DNA of 43,172 nt from Abditibacteriaceae bacterium (GCA_031372065.1 JANMKN010000011.1:1-43172), one strand, 5' to 3'. Positions 9,866-20,038 are shown, numbered from the stretch's first letter. Program-made: numbers and translations. Notes: generated from the sequence alone by a model not told the origin.

Positions 9866-10780
9866 ATGCAAAAGCAAAACTCAAAAAAACTCGTTCAGTG
9901 CAACATTGGTTCACCCAAAGCCGGATTTACGCTGGTGGAAATTTTGGTCGTGCTGGGCATTATAGCCTTGCTCGCCGCCTTGCTGTTTCCTGCCTTCAAA
10001 AGCGGGCAAGAGCGTTCGCGGCAAAGCAGTTGTGCTGCCAATCTCAAGCAAATCGGCGTGGCAGTCCAACAATATTATCAGGACGAGAAATATTATCCTG
10101 CCTCGCTTTCGGTTTTGATGCCACAAGCCATTAGCATGGATACAGATTTGAATCCTGATACCGACAGTAACGCAGCGACATCGGAAAATCCGGGCGGCAC
10201 TGGATATTTGCCGGGTTTAGATGTGGCTATTTGTCCCGACGATGACACCGAATCCACAACCCCGCGTCATTCTTATGGACAATATGGAGTTTCGTCGGCG
10301 CCTGCTTTGCCAGCCTTAGCGGGAACTTTCCCATCTTACACCAGCACACCGCCTTCTGATCCGGGCCAATATGCGTGGAATTATTGGGGCTATCGCGCCG
10401 ATGGCTATGCTTATCAAGGCGCACAAGAAGCGGCAGATGCAAACCCCGCCCCTTCGCTTTATTTGGTGAACAAAACTACAGGTTACAATCACCCTCAGGC
10501 GACCACGCCAGCCTTTAACTTTGGCGCACCGCGCAATGTGGTGGAGCATTCGCTTTCCAATCGCTATGCGCCCAAAGACACCATTATCACCCATTGCGTT
10601 TATCATCGTTTGCCGACAGCGAGCAATCTGAACAATCCCTCGGAACTGTATTACAGCACTGACCCGACAGTAGGTCAGAATGCCAGAGACATTGTTTTGC
10701 TGTTAAGTGGCGAGGCTAAACCCTTAGATGTCTCTCCGTGGGGCAATGCCAACGGCCAGTGGCAAACGCAAAAGTTTTAA
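9866..10780 (+). CDS. Prepilin-type protein (DUF1559-like minor pilin)
   Basis: Class III signal AG|FTLVEILVVLGII, then SCAANLKQIGVAVQQY, CPDD and C-terminal HCVYHR...VLLLSG. Confidence 0.88.
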   Translation: MQKQNSKKLVQCNIGSPKAGFTLVEILVVLGIIALLAALLFPAFKSGQERSRQSSCAANLKQIGVAVQQYYQDEKYYPASLSVLMPQAISMDTDLNPDTDSNAATSENPGGTGYLPGLDVAICPDDDTESTTPRHSYGQYGVSSAPALPALAGTFPSYTSTPPSDPGQYAWNYWGYRADGYAYQGAQEAADANPAPSLYLVNKTTGYNHPQATTPAFNFGAPRNVVEHSLSNRYAPKDTIITHCVYHRLPTASNLNNPSELYYSTDPTVGQNARDIVLLLSGEAKPLDVSPWGNANGQWQTQKF

Positions 10781-10898
10781 CCCCTCAAGTGGTGACTGTT
10801 CTCACAGCCACGGAACGGAGGGAACGTTGCTCGGCAGCTTTGCTCTATAAGGCAACGTTTTGATATCGCATTGTAAAGCCGTTCGAGGCTTATCTGTC

Positions 10899-12719
10899 AT
10901 GCACAGTTCACACTTCAAAAATCAGCACTTTACACGGCGCGTAGCGCGTAGTGGCTTCACCTTGATAGAAATCGTCGTCGCCTTGGCGATTTTTGTGATT
11001 GGCGCTTTGGCGATTATCCAAATTTTCCCGCCTGCTTTGAATGTAGTGCGTGGCTCTGAACGACGCACCACGGCTACGCAAATGGCCCGAACCCGCGTAA
11101 GCAACTACGAAAACAGCCAACACATCGCGCCAGACGCGATTTATACGGTGGATGGTGGTGGCAACTGGCTTGACCCTAAAAACAGCGTCACCAATGATGC
11201 TTTAATGAATAATGGTGGCATTACACAAAATACGATTCCACGCGGCCCGACAGACAATATCAATGACACAACACTGGGCAACTTCAAACATATTCGCGGC
11301 GAAAAACAAAAAGTGAAATTTGGAGATATAAGCAGCACCACTGTGCCTTATGTTCTAACCCAGTTCCCTTACAGCGGTAATGTTTTGGCTTACACCGAGG
11401 ACACACTCAGCGGTGTCACCGTAAATTCAACAGGTTATTTGGATTTCAGTCAAGCTAAGGATTCAAAGGGTGCTACTGTTTCCGATAGCTCGCCACCTGC
11501 TTCAACCCCAACTTTAGCTCCCCCAAACGACAATTTACGCGATGACACCGCAATCGCTGGCGTCGAATGCGAATTCTATGTCACATATCGCTATGATTCA
11601 GGTGGACGGGTTATGGGCGTAGTGGACGAGCCGCTTTTAATTCCCGATGACAGTCATGCCAGTTGGACAAACAATCCCGCACCCAACAATCGTGTTTTAA
11701 AAACGGCTGGAGTCATTCCGGGTTCTGTTACAGTTCGGATTCGAAAATTGTTAAGTGCCATAGCTCCCGGTTCTGCGACTCCTGCGAGTCCTGTCGCTGA
11801 ACCGTTGGTCGGTTTGGTGCGACTTGATGGTCTGAGCCTCAATAACGGAGATTCGGTAAGTTTAGACTACGATGCATCAGATTGGCGCAACATTGTGTTG
11901 GATGAAATACCCAGCCGCCCCTTAGATGGAGCAAGTCCCGGCCAGTGGAATGTGCTGACACCCATGCAGAACCTCAACCCTGAAGCTACCATCGTGGCTT
12001 TTTTTGAGCGGCCTAATCCTGCGCCGACTCCGTCACAACCCGTATTGGGAGGCTTAAGCTACACAGAAAACTCTCCTCTTCCACCTGTCGGGCCACGTAT
12101 TCTGGATGCCAACCTCTCAGCAGGCAGAATAACTTATGATATTCCACCTGTGGATGCGGGTGACCCTATTCCTACCACGCCTACTCGCACCGTTTTGAAC
12201 ACACTTAACACCAATGATGGAGACGGGACTAACGACATTACAGGCACATTAGATGGATGGGGTCACCAGTTTACAGTTGCTGCTGCCAGTTATGTTCCGT
12301 ATGAGGCAGGGCAAACCGGCACTCCACTTAATGGTTACCTCCAACATCCCCGCCAAGGGTGGCGCGAATATGTTTTGTCAGGTAGCAATTTGTTTTTCCA
12401 AGCCTCCGAAGCGGGTAAATTGGTGATGGTGGATTACGAATATTCTCTCCCCGGTGGCGGCTTCCAAACCGTTCGCGGCGCCATTTTGCCGATTAGCGTT
12501 CAAGATTCGCCAATTGCGGCTCCTGCTGGATTCGCACCAATCAGTGGACAAGCTGCGACAGTGACCCTGACCACCTTAAACGGGCAAGCGCCTGCTCCGG
12601 TGAGTGCCATCACTGCCGTGCGCGGCGTTAGTATTGCGGCTCGCACGGCTTGGATTGAAAACGGACGTTATCAACAGGTTGTGACTAAAGGTTATCGTCC
12701 ACTGATTCCGGTGTTGTAA
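10899..12719 (+). CDS. Large prepilin-type protein (PilV-like minor pilin with long beta-rich extension)
   Basis: SG|FTLIEIVVALAIFVIGALA; ATG at 10899 preceded by gagg (the ORF track starts at TTG 10860). Confidence 0.85.
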   Translation: MHSSHFKNQHFTRRVARSGFTLIEIVVALAIFVIGALAIIQIFPPALNVVRGSERRTTATQMARTRVSNYENSQHIAPDAIYTVDGGGNWLDPKNSVTNDALMNNGGITQNTIPRGPTDNINDTTLGNFKHIRGEKQKVKFGDISSTTVPYVLTQFPYSGNVLAYTEDTLSGVTVNSTGYLDFSQAKDSKGATVSDSSPPASTPTLAPPNDNLRDDTAIAGVECEFYVTYRYDSGGRVMGVVDEPLLIPDDSHASWTNNPAPNNRVLKTAGVIPGSVTVRIRKLLSAIAPGSATPASPVAEPLVGLVRLDGLSLNNGDSVSLDYDASDWRNIVLDEIPSRPLDGASPGQWNVLTPMQNLNPEATIVAFFERPNPAPTPSQPVLGGLSYTENSPLPPVGPRILDANLSAGRITYDIPPVDAGDPIPTTPTRTVLNTLNTNDGDGTNDITGTLDGWGHQFTVAAASYVPYEAGQTGTPLNGYLQHPRQGWREYVLSGSNLFFQASEAGKLVMVDYEYSLPGGGFQTVRGAILPISVQDSPIAAPAGFAPISGQAATVTLTTLNGQAPAPVSAITAVRGVSIAARTAWIENGRYQQVVTKGYRPLIPVL

Positions 12720-12736
12720 TGGCTCCCTGAGAAACG

Positions 12737-13555
12737 ATGAACATGAAGCAAAATTTCACATTGCCACGCAGCGTCTCATCACGCAAAGTCGCGTGCCCGC
12801 AACGGCATGGCGCTTTCACTTTGGTGGAATTGATGGTCGTCGTCGCTATTGCGGCCATTGTGTCGGGCCTCACGCTGGGAGGCTACCGTTCGGTGGCCGA
12901 CGGCAATGAACGCGTTTCGTGCCAAACCAATTTGACGCAGATTTACTCGGCGATTCAACTTTATTCCAAAGATTACGACGGGTATTATCCATATCATGAC
13001 CCCGGAGCGACGTTAGATGGCACCACAGGTCTGGGTTTGTGGGCTTTATACGCCTTGCGCAGCGAAGCATCCGCCGATCAACCGGCGCCTTTAGGTGAAC
13101 AATTCGGCGGCAGCGATCACGACAAACCATTTGGACTTTACGCGAGGAATCGCAAAATCCTCCATTGCCCGGCAGATGCAGACAACAGTGATTTTTTGGA
13201 TGCGGCAGGTGCGATAAGCAACAGTTATCTGTCCTATCAAGTGCAAGACGGCACGGAATGGACATATCAGCCGTGGCGCGGCGTTGCGGACGGGCAATGG
13301 AATACCAAACGCCAGTTGTTGTTGTTTCAAACATCGCCCAGCCTAAAACTGCGTCGCATTCATCCCGTTGAGGATGCTGTCATAACATGGTGCCCGTGGC
13401 ATCGTGGGCGGCGCGACATGGATAATGTGCTGTTTGCCAGTGGCACGGTGCGCCCTGTGCCCAAAACGCAGGCCAATCCAAATTATCCAGTTCCCACACC
13501 TCAACCAGCAGAACCAGCCGAACTTGAAGGTTGGAATCGCAAACCAGCGTTCTGA
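12737..13555 (+). CDS. Prepilin-type protein, paralog of 9866-10780
   Basis: GA|FTLVELMVVVAI, SCQTNLTQIYSAIQLY, HCPAD, WCPWHR...NVLFASG. Confidence 0.88.
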   Translation: MNMKQNFTLPRSVSSRKVACPQRHGAFTLVELMVVVAIAAIVSGLTLGGYRSVADGNERVSCQTNLTQIYSAIQLYSKDYDGYYPYHDPGATLDGTTGLGLWALYALRSEASADQPAPLGEQFGGSDHDKPFGLYARNRKILHCPADADNSDFLDAAGAISNSYLSYQVQDGTEWTYQPWRGVADGQWNTKRQLLLFQTSPSLKLRRIHPVEDAVITWCPWHRGRRDMDNVLFASGTVRPVPKTQANPNYPVPTPQPAEPAELEGWNRKPAF

Positions 13556-13576
13556 TTTCGGTCAACAAGAACACCT

Positions 13577-14782
13577 ATGATGCAGCCAAAGTTCACTTTT
13601 CATCCTGCTAAAAATCGTCAAATGCGCCGCGCCACGCGGCGTTCGGCGTTCACACTGATCGAAATCATGGTGGCGCTTTCGATTTTCCTCGTCATGCTGG
13701 CGATTATTTTCGTGCCGCTGAACCTCGGATTGAACTTGTTTAGCATCGGCAGGACACGCGCGAATGTTTTGCAGGCCGCACAGACCACATTAGACGACAT
13801 GGAAGGCGAGTTGCGCAAAGCTATCGTGGTGTTTCCCAACGCCGCGTTGCCAAATGTAACTTACACAGTAGATTCAGCGGGTGTCAAAACTCTGAAAGCG
13901 CCTTATGGCCCGACATCAGCTATTAATCCAGAAGGGCATCCTTACCTTCGAGTTTATGCTTCCGGCTATGGCGTTTGTGATGCAAACGATCCCACGAAAG
14001 CCGAATATGTGGACAATCCGCATCGTCTCGATTTTTTGCTGCCTGATACCTTTAATAATGGCGACGAACAGGTGCAAGCTGTTATGCCTCTGCGGGCCGC
14101 GCCTTATTTGGTTAGCTACTACTACCGCCGTCAAAATGCAGGAGTGAATGCCGACCCTTTTGACAATCCCATCATGTTGTATCGGGCGCAAATGCCATAC
14201 AGAGAAAACAATGGCACTATTGTTCGCACAACTCCTAACGATCCTACCACTGGTCGGAATGTAAATTTGTTACCCATCGCTCAACGTGTCGATGCGACTA
14301 ACACTGATTCGCCTCGCTATCCCGATCCCACAGATACAACTGCTTGTGGCTCGGCTGCGGTCAAGACAAATCGTGGTTCATTTTGGCTGAAACAGTTGTA
14401 TGTGCCCACCGATACGACAATCGGCCCACTTAATGAGCCAAATTTGGAGCCATTAGCGGCGGACAGCACCGTAGCGCCCCCTGTCAATGGTTCTCACACT
14501 GCCATGCTGCCCAAAGGTATCGCCCTGGTGACGCGTAACGCATTTACAGCAGCCCCCGATTACACACCAGACACCACGTTTTACTGTGCGGACACCACCG
14601 GTGACGGCAAAATTGATCAAGTCACCATTAGTTTGGTGTTGGGTTCCTTCGATGACAACAGTGCTGACCGCTCGAACTCCCAATCCAGTGACCGCGCAGG
14701 AGATTCGGCTACCTCTAACTCTGGCATCAATTCCCAGCGCATTCGCCAATCGCGCGTCATAACGCTTGCTAATGTGCGTTGA
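13577..14782 (+). CDS. Prepilin-type protein (PilW/GspJ-like minor pilin)
   Basis: SA|FTLIEIMVALSIFLVML...AQTTLDDMEGELRKA; Ca-binding-like DTTGDGKID. Confidence 0.85.
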   Translation: MMQPKFTFHPAKNRQMRRATRRSAFTLIEIMVALSIFLVMLAIIFVPLNLGLNLFSIGRTRANVLQAAQTTLDDMEGELRKAIVVFPNAALPNVTYTVDSAGVKTLKAPYGPTSAINPEGHPYLRVYASGYGVCDANDPTKAEYVDNPHRLDFLLPDTFNNGDEQVQAVMPLRAAPYLVSYYYRRQNAGVNADPFDNPIMLYRAQMPYRENNGTIVRTTPNDPTTGRNVNLLPIAQRVDATNTDSPRYPDPTDTTACGSAAVKTNRGSFWLKQLYVPTDTTIGPLNEPNLEPLAADSTVAPPVNGSHTAMLPKGIALVTRNAFTAAPDYTPDTTFYCADTTGDGKIDQVTISLVLGSFDDNSADRSNSQSSDRAGDSATSNSGINSQRIRQSRVITLANVR

Positions 14783-14920
14783 ACATCTGCGATTTTCGAC
14801 TCTTTGCTTCAGAATGATATGAAACGGCACACGCGAAACAACGTTTAGAAGCGCACAGACAGGATAAAAGCTCCCACTTTTATCCTGTCTGAGTTTCAAG
14901 AGCAGTTCACATCATTCATC

Positions 14921-15334
14921 ATGACCAAGTTTTTCCGCTATCTTGTTTCACTTTTTGCGCACGCAGCATGGCAACGTTCCGGCAAGGCGGGGCCGCTGCC
15001 TGCCTTCAAAGCGCCGGGAAAGTCAACGACGCGCCTACCGGTGCCTTCGGCATGGCAAATCATGGTAGCCACTTGGATTTTGGAACGCCTGTGGCAAGCA
15101 TTCGGCGACGATGTGAAACACAAACTCACGCACACCAAATCGCCCTCTGTCAACCGTTTAGGCGAGATGATTCCTGCGCCGGGCGATGCGGCGAAAAGTC
15201 AGCCAAGCAACTCATCGGCCTCGCAACCTGCGGCGCAACCTATGGTGAAAGCGATTCCGAAATACGACACGCAGAAATTGCCGCCCGACCAATTGCCGCC
15301 GGGTTCCGTATTGGGATCGTTGCGTTCTTCGTAA
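14921..15334 (+). CDS. Hypothetical protein, Pro/Ser-rich C-terminus
   Basis: 137-aa ATG ORF co-oriented within the pilin cluster and filling the gap; no family recognised. Confidence 0.55.
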   Translation: MTKFFRYLVSLFAHAAWQRSGKAGPLPAFKAPGKSTTRLPVPSAWQIMVATWILERLWQAFGDDVKHKLTHTKSPSVNRLGEMIPAPGDAAKSQPSNSSASQPAAQPMVKAIPKYDTQKLPPDQLPPGSVLGSLRSS

Positions 15335-15447
15335 AAGTTTGCCGTAACAATGGAACAAACATTATAACTCTGGCAGTGAGCAACGCGCTTCACTGCCAGA
15401 GTTTCAAGTTATTTGACGTTTTTGGAAGTTGTCCGAGTGCGGTTTGA

Positions 15448-18400
15448 ATGAGGTTTATCATGCGTTCTTTCGTTTTGCGTCTTGCTCGCTTGCATCCTGT
15501 CTCTGGGCGTAATAGCCTTCGGCCTAACAGCCGGGGACGCCGCTCCGGTCAGGCACTCTTGCTGGCCGTGTTGCTGATGATTTTCGCGGCGTTAATCGCT
15601 TCGACATTCATTACCGTTGTCGCGTTGAACATGGACGCCACGGCCACGCAGGAAGAACGCCAACGCGCTGCCAGCGCTGCCAATGCGGGCGCCAACGTGG
15701 TGAATTATCAAATCAATGCCAACGGCACCGACTGGCGACCTGAACAAGCCTCAACCCCACCCGTCTCTGGCGATCCCGAATTTTCCTATTACTGGACAGC
15801 ACAGGACTTGGCTCATGGATATCATCGTGTAACAGCGCACGCCATATTAGGCGAAAATTACGCGCCTGATGGAGTAACCAATGGCGATTGGAACCACAAT
15901 GGCGTATTCGAACCTGCCGCAGACGACTGGGCCAAATTAGATTATTTCAAAATCCAAAGAGCTGGTGCGCAAATAGAACCGGGCTTTGTCAAATTCCCCG
16001 ACCCCCGCTTGGAACAAAACACCGGCTCTCACACTTACATGGCGTCAGTCGCCCTCGCTGACACAGGAGATAAGGCCGGTATGCTGCGCATCACGGTTAT
16101 CGGCCAATCTTCGGATGATCCGAATGTTTTTGTGAAACGCATAGGTTACCAAGGCACTTCCGAAAATGGTGGGGCCTTCGCGTGGAATCAGTTTTTAACG
16201 AACTGGAACTATACAAAGAACAAGAATATCGCCGCAAATATCACCACATCCACAGCCAATACGCTGACAGTGGACGATTCATCGGGGTTTGCTGCTGGGC
16301 GTTTAGTGGCGATTCAAAAGGGCAATACAACCGCTGTCGAAAACGCCATCATCAGTGAAGTTGCCGGCAATACGCTCAAATTCACCGCCAGTCTGACAAA
16401 TACTTACGGCGCCAACGATTCGGTGCGCGGCGCCTCGCCGGTTATGAATGGCGTGGTTGGCAACGAGGGAATCACCACCGAAAAAACCGTGTTTAATGCA
16501 GATGGATATACACCTACTTCTGGACCGGATCTTGGAAAACCGGGTGCTTTGGCATTTGAAAATACAGGTGACCAATTCCGTCCGGTCAACTATGGATTTA
16601 AGTCCAATAGCGACATTCAACTGGTGCAAAAAGCGCTGTTTTCATTACAAGCTCAGTCTCGATTTGATGTGGCAGGCACCATTCTTCCGACGCCTTCGAC
16701 AGGGAATTCGCTGACTCATGCTTATTTTGCGGGTTCTCCCTCGAATTTGAATATTCCGACTTCGTTCGATGCCACTTATCCTGTTGGTGGCCCGTCTCTA
16801 ACTGGCGATCAAACTAAGGTCAATGATAATCCGTTCCCGAACCGCCCTGATGACGCGACGACCACGTCGCACAACGTGAAAGCCGATACACCACCCAATT
16901 TGTCGAAGTTCACCAGATTGCTTGAGATGACCAAATACGATGGTCAGGGTTATCAGGGCTTAGGCAGCGGCGTTTACATCAACAACGCGGATGACCTTGA
17001 AAAAGTCAAGGATGGCACAAATCTGCGTTCCATTGAAGTTTCCGAGTTACAGCGCCTCTTGCAGCGCAAGTCGTTTCCATCTAAAAACACAAATGGAAAT
17101 GCTGACTCACCTGCCGCCGATGGCTCCATTGGTGGCACCTTAGGGAGTAGCTTGTTTTATCGGCTATCGTATCCGCGTTTGATCGTGCGCGGTAACGCTG
17201 CCTTGAAAGATGCTTACAGCTACCCGCTCAATCGCGCTCTTGATCCTGTCTCACCTGTAACAATGTCACTGGAACAAAGGGCGTATCGCGGTTGGATCAA
17301 TGACCACGAATATGTGCCGCGCGGCGCCTTTATCGAACTGAACGGCAATATCATCACCATCACCTTAGATGACCGGTCGGAATCTGCCGGGAAACTGCCT
17401 GATTCAAGCAAGGCGTGGCCTTATGCGACAAGTGTGGCTGTCCCTCTCGCCCAACGCACCGACAATTGCTATCGCATGACCATTGATACCTCAAACAATA
17501 CGCGCACTTTTGGTGCACTGCCCGCTGTAGCGTCCACCGAACCTTTTAATGGTGTCATCTATGCGGAGGGCAATGTGCGGGTGCGCGGAACTAATGGCGC
17601 CAAGGATTTGACCATTGCTTCGATGGGAAATATCTATGTCGAAGGCAATTTGCGTGGCAGTTCCATCGGCGCGGGCCACATTGCTTTGCTGGCAAAGAAG
17701 AACGTGATCCTCAACCCCACACAGTTTGTAGCACGCCCGCAAGGTATACAGGACAGCGATATTACCACGCAGCGCCTGCCACTTTCCGTGAATATCACGA
17801 ATGCGGGTGACGGCTCGCCCGGCAATCCAATTCAAGTGACTACAGCCAGCGGCACGGCGCAAGCATTCAGTGTAGGCGATAACATTTTCTTTCAGGGCGA
17901 TAACCAGCCGCATCGCATTACCGCTATTGTGGCGCCGTTAGGGCTTGAATTCGGCGCGGCGCTCACTCCTGTGCCTGCGGGCGGAACTGAAATCTATATG
18001 GAGGATGTAGCCGGACTGGTTGCAGGCATTGCAGGCAGCACCGTTACGTTGAACAGCACCTATAACGGTGCAAAGCCCTTCCGCGTGGGCGACCCCGTGC
18101 GAGTCGGCAGCACAGGACATACAATTGTGCAGGTAAACACCGCCGCGAACACTATCACTCTCGATAGCGCACCAACCGCAGCCGTGGATGACAAAGTGGT
18201 ATTAAACAGTGATGGGGAAATCGCCCGTGGAGATAAATTGCCTAATGGCGCTAATGATCCCAATGGCACGCCAGAATGGTTATATCGCTTAAACCGGGGC
18301 GCCTTAGTTCGTAATGTTCGCTTGGATGGCACTGCGCCAGTTGTCGGCAATGGCGGTAATTTCCTCATCTCCATGCGGGCCGCAGGCACCATGAAAAAAG

Positions 18401-19614
18401 CCTATCAACTGGCATTGGAACCCACACCAGATAACGCGGCCGCTGTCAACACGCCTTTCACGGTTCCTATATCCGTTCATCTTAACCGGGATACGAACGC
18501 CGATGGAGTTTTGTCCCCTGCGGAGTTGCTACTGGAAGCGCTTGACACCAATGGCACTACCCCAACTTACTCTTTCAACGGCGCCGCTAATTACGACCTG
18601 CGAACACCAGCCAACTTAGACGCGTTGATGACCACCTTCAACACCACAGAGCAATACACCACGGCCACGCCGCCGCCAACACTTGTTCAAAAGTGGAAAT
18701 TATCTCTGCCCACAGGTGGAACAATTCCCATAATGACCGAACCGCCATCAATACCAGCAGAGTCACAAACTATTCCTGCGCGTTGTCTGCTTGCCTTTTT
18801 CGATACGGCATCCTCAACGAGTGTGTGGAATGCGCGGAGTTTCAATGACACACGTCAGCTTTATCTGCCGACATCAGCCAGTCTTTATTGGGGAGGCACG
18901 GCGATTACTCCGGCGATTGGCAGCCCTCTCCTCGCCACCGATAATGCTGATAGCAAAACCAATCGTGAAGATTTTTACTTCTACGGAGCGACGGGAAGTG
19001 AAAAGCAGCAGTTCATGCAGTGGATTGATCGGGCAGTTGGCCCAACCCTTACCACAGACACTCCGGTAGTTCTGCGCCAAAATACGGGCTTAGGAGTATT
19101 GCCGCCCTTGCGTGTTTCGACCATCAAGTTGGAAGCGGATGACTTTCAGGCAGCGGCCAATCGTGTCTACACGCCCATACCTATCAGCATTGATGCCACG
19201 ATTTTCGCGCAGGAAGGCTCTTGGTTCGTGATTCCGATGCCGGTCATGCATCGCGATGAAATAGATAACACGGCGGGGCTGTCAACGGCTGAGACTGCCA
19301 CGGCTACCAGAATGCGTCGCCTGAATTACGCGGTTACAGTAACAGGAAACATCGTGCAGAATTTCGCACCATCGGCGTTGTATGATTACGATGATGAAGA
19401 TTCGCCCGACGAGACGGAATTCACCATCCCCGATCCCTACAAGGGCGCGATGGCGCAGTGGATTAATGCTTCGTCTTACCCAGTCAATATTGAAAACGCC
19501 ACAGGCACTCAGGGACGCGGACGTGACTGGCAAAGCATAACCTACAAGCCGGACACGTTGGCAAACACGAAACTGATGCTGCCGCCTTCACCCGACTTGA
19601 GCTTTGTCGGTTAG
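15448..19614 (+). CDS. Very large PilX/GspK-type prepilin-like protein (putative pilus tip adhesin)
   Basis: RRSG|QALLLAVLLMIFAALIA (class III signal lacking Glu+5), A..AANAG, LRITVIG, FNGVIYAEGNVRVRG..LTIASMGNIYVEGNL..IALLAKKNV; Thr/Asn/Gly-rich. Start may be at 15460. Confidence 0.82.
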   Translation: MRFIMRSFVLRLARLHPVSGRNSLRPNSRGRRSGQALLLAVLLMIFAALIASTFITVVALNMDATATQEERQRAASAANAGANVVNYQINANGTDWRPEQASTPPVSGDPEFSYYWTAQDLAHGYHRVTAHAILGENYAPDGVTNGDWNHNGVFEPAADDWAKLDYFKIQRAGAQIEPGFVKFPDPRLEQNTGSHTYMASVALADTGDKAGMLRITVIGQSSDDPNVFVKRIGYQGTSENGGAFAWNQFLTNWNYTKNKNIAANITTSTANTLTVDDSSGFAAGRLVAIQKGNTTAVENAIISEVAGNTLKFTASLTNTYGANDSVRGASPVMNGVVGNEGITTEKTVFNADGYTPTSGPDLGKPGALAFENTGDQFRPVNYGFKSNSDIQLVQKALFSLQAQSRFDVAGTILPTPSTGNSLTHAYFAGSPSNLNIPTSFDATYPVGGPSLTGDQTKVNDNPFPNRPDDATTTSHNVKADTPPNLSKFTRLLEMTKYDGQGYQGLGSGVYINNADDLEKVKDGTNLRSIEVSELQRLLQRKSFPSKNTNGNADSPAADGSIGGTLGSSLFYRLSYPRLIVRGNAALKDAYSYPLNRALDPVSPVTMSLEQRAYRGWINDHEYVPRGAFIELNGNIITITLDDRSESAGKLPDSSKAWPYATSVAVPLAQRTDNCYRMTIDTSNNTRTFGALPAVASTEPFNGVIYAEGNVRVRGTNGAKDLTIASMGNIYVEGNLRGSSIGAGHIALLAKKNVILNPTQFVARPQGIQDSDITTQRLPLSVNITNAGDGSPGNPIQVTTASGTAQAFSVGDNIFFQGDNQPHRITAIVAPLGLEFGAALTPVPAGGTEIYMEDVAGLVAGIAGSTVTLNSTYNGAKPFRVGDPVRVGSTGHTIVQVNTAANTITLDSAPTAAVDDKVVLNSDGEIARGDKLPNGANDPNGTPEWLYRLNRGALVRNVRLDGTAPVVGNGGNFLISMRAAGTMKKAYQLALEPTPDNAAAVNTPFTVPISVHLNRDTNADGVLSPAELLLEALDTNGTTPTYSFNGAANYDLRTPANLDALMTTFNTTEQYTTATPPPTLVQKWKLSLPTGGTIPIMTEPPSIPAESQTIPARCLLAFFDTASSTSVWNARSFNDTRQLYLPTSASLYWGGTAITPAIGSPLLATDNADSKTNREDFYFYGATGSEKQQFMQWIDRAVGPTLTTDTPVVLRQNTGLGVLPPLRVSTIKLEADDFQAAANRVYTPIPISIDATIFAQEGSWFVIPMPVMHRDEIDNTAGLSTAETATATRMRRLNYAVTVTGNIVQNFAPSALYDYDDEDSPDETEFTIPDPYKGAMAQWINASSYPVNIENATGTQGRGRDWQSITYKPDTLANTKLMLPPSPDLSFVG

Positions 19615-19630
19615 CATTCCGTTCCCAAAC

Positions 19631-19661
19631 AAAAAGCCCGCGCCACATGGCGCGGGCTTTT
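19631..19661. terminator. Bidirectional intrinsic terminator
   Basis: aaaaagcccgcgcca-c-atggcgcgggctttt region between convergent genes ending at 19614 and 19673. Confidence 0.85.
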
Positions 19662-19672
19662 CTGTTTCTGGT

Positions 19673-20038
19673 TCACCATTTCACATAACGATGGGCATGA
19701 CGATCTACCTCTTGATTCACCTTGGCAATGCGTTCGAGCGTGTGACGTATGGTTTGGCGTGTGCGCGGGGCTTTTCCTGTGTCCCGTGCGCCGAAAAGCA
19801 CAAATAATGGGCGTTTTGGCAAGGGAAGTTCGCTTTTGGCGGGCACACTACCCGACTCCGGTTGGTTGCCATAACGCGCCAATAAAAAGCGCAGCACTTT
19901 GATTTGCACGCGCCAGTGCCATCCTTGCGCGGCCAACGGCTCACGCGCTATGGCGTCTTGACAAATCCGCAAACGCGCTCGCCATTCTTCTGCTAAAGCC
20001 GAAACCGGATGCGTAACATGAACCATAAACAACCACAT
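19673..20038 (-). CDS. Hypothetical protein
   Basis: 121-aa ORF ending next to the bidirectional terminator; an SD-like gaggg favours the ATG at 20026; no family recognised. Confidence 0.55.
   Translation of the reverse strand: MWLFMVHVTHPVSALAEEWRARLRICQDAIAREPLAAQGWHWRVQIKVLRFLLARYGNQPESGSVPAKSELPLPKRPLFVLFGARDTGKAPRTRQTIRHTLERIAKVNQEVDRHAHRYVKW

Noticed and set aside
3983..19614. Locus as a type II secretion system
   Set aside because: A PilT with AIRNLIRE in pilB-pilT-pilC order indicates a retractile type IVa pilus; no secretin or GspC/L/M genes are seen in the window.
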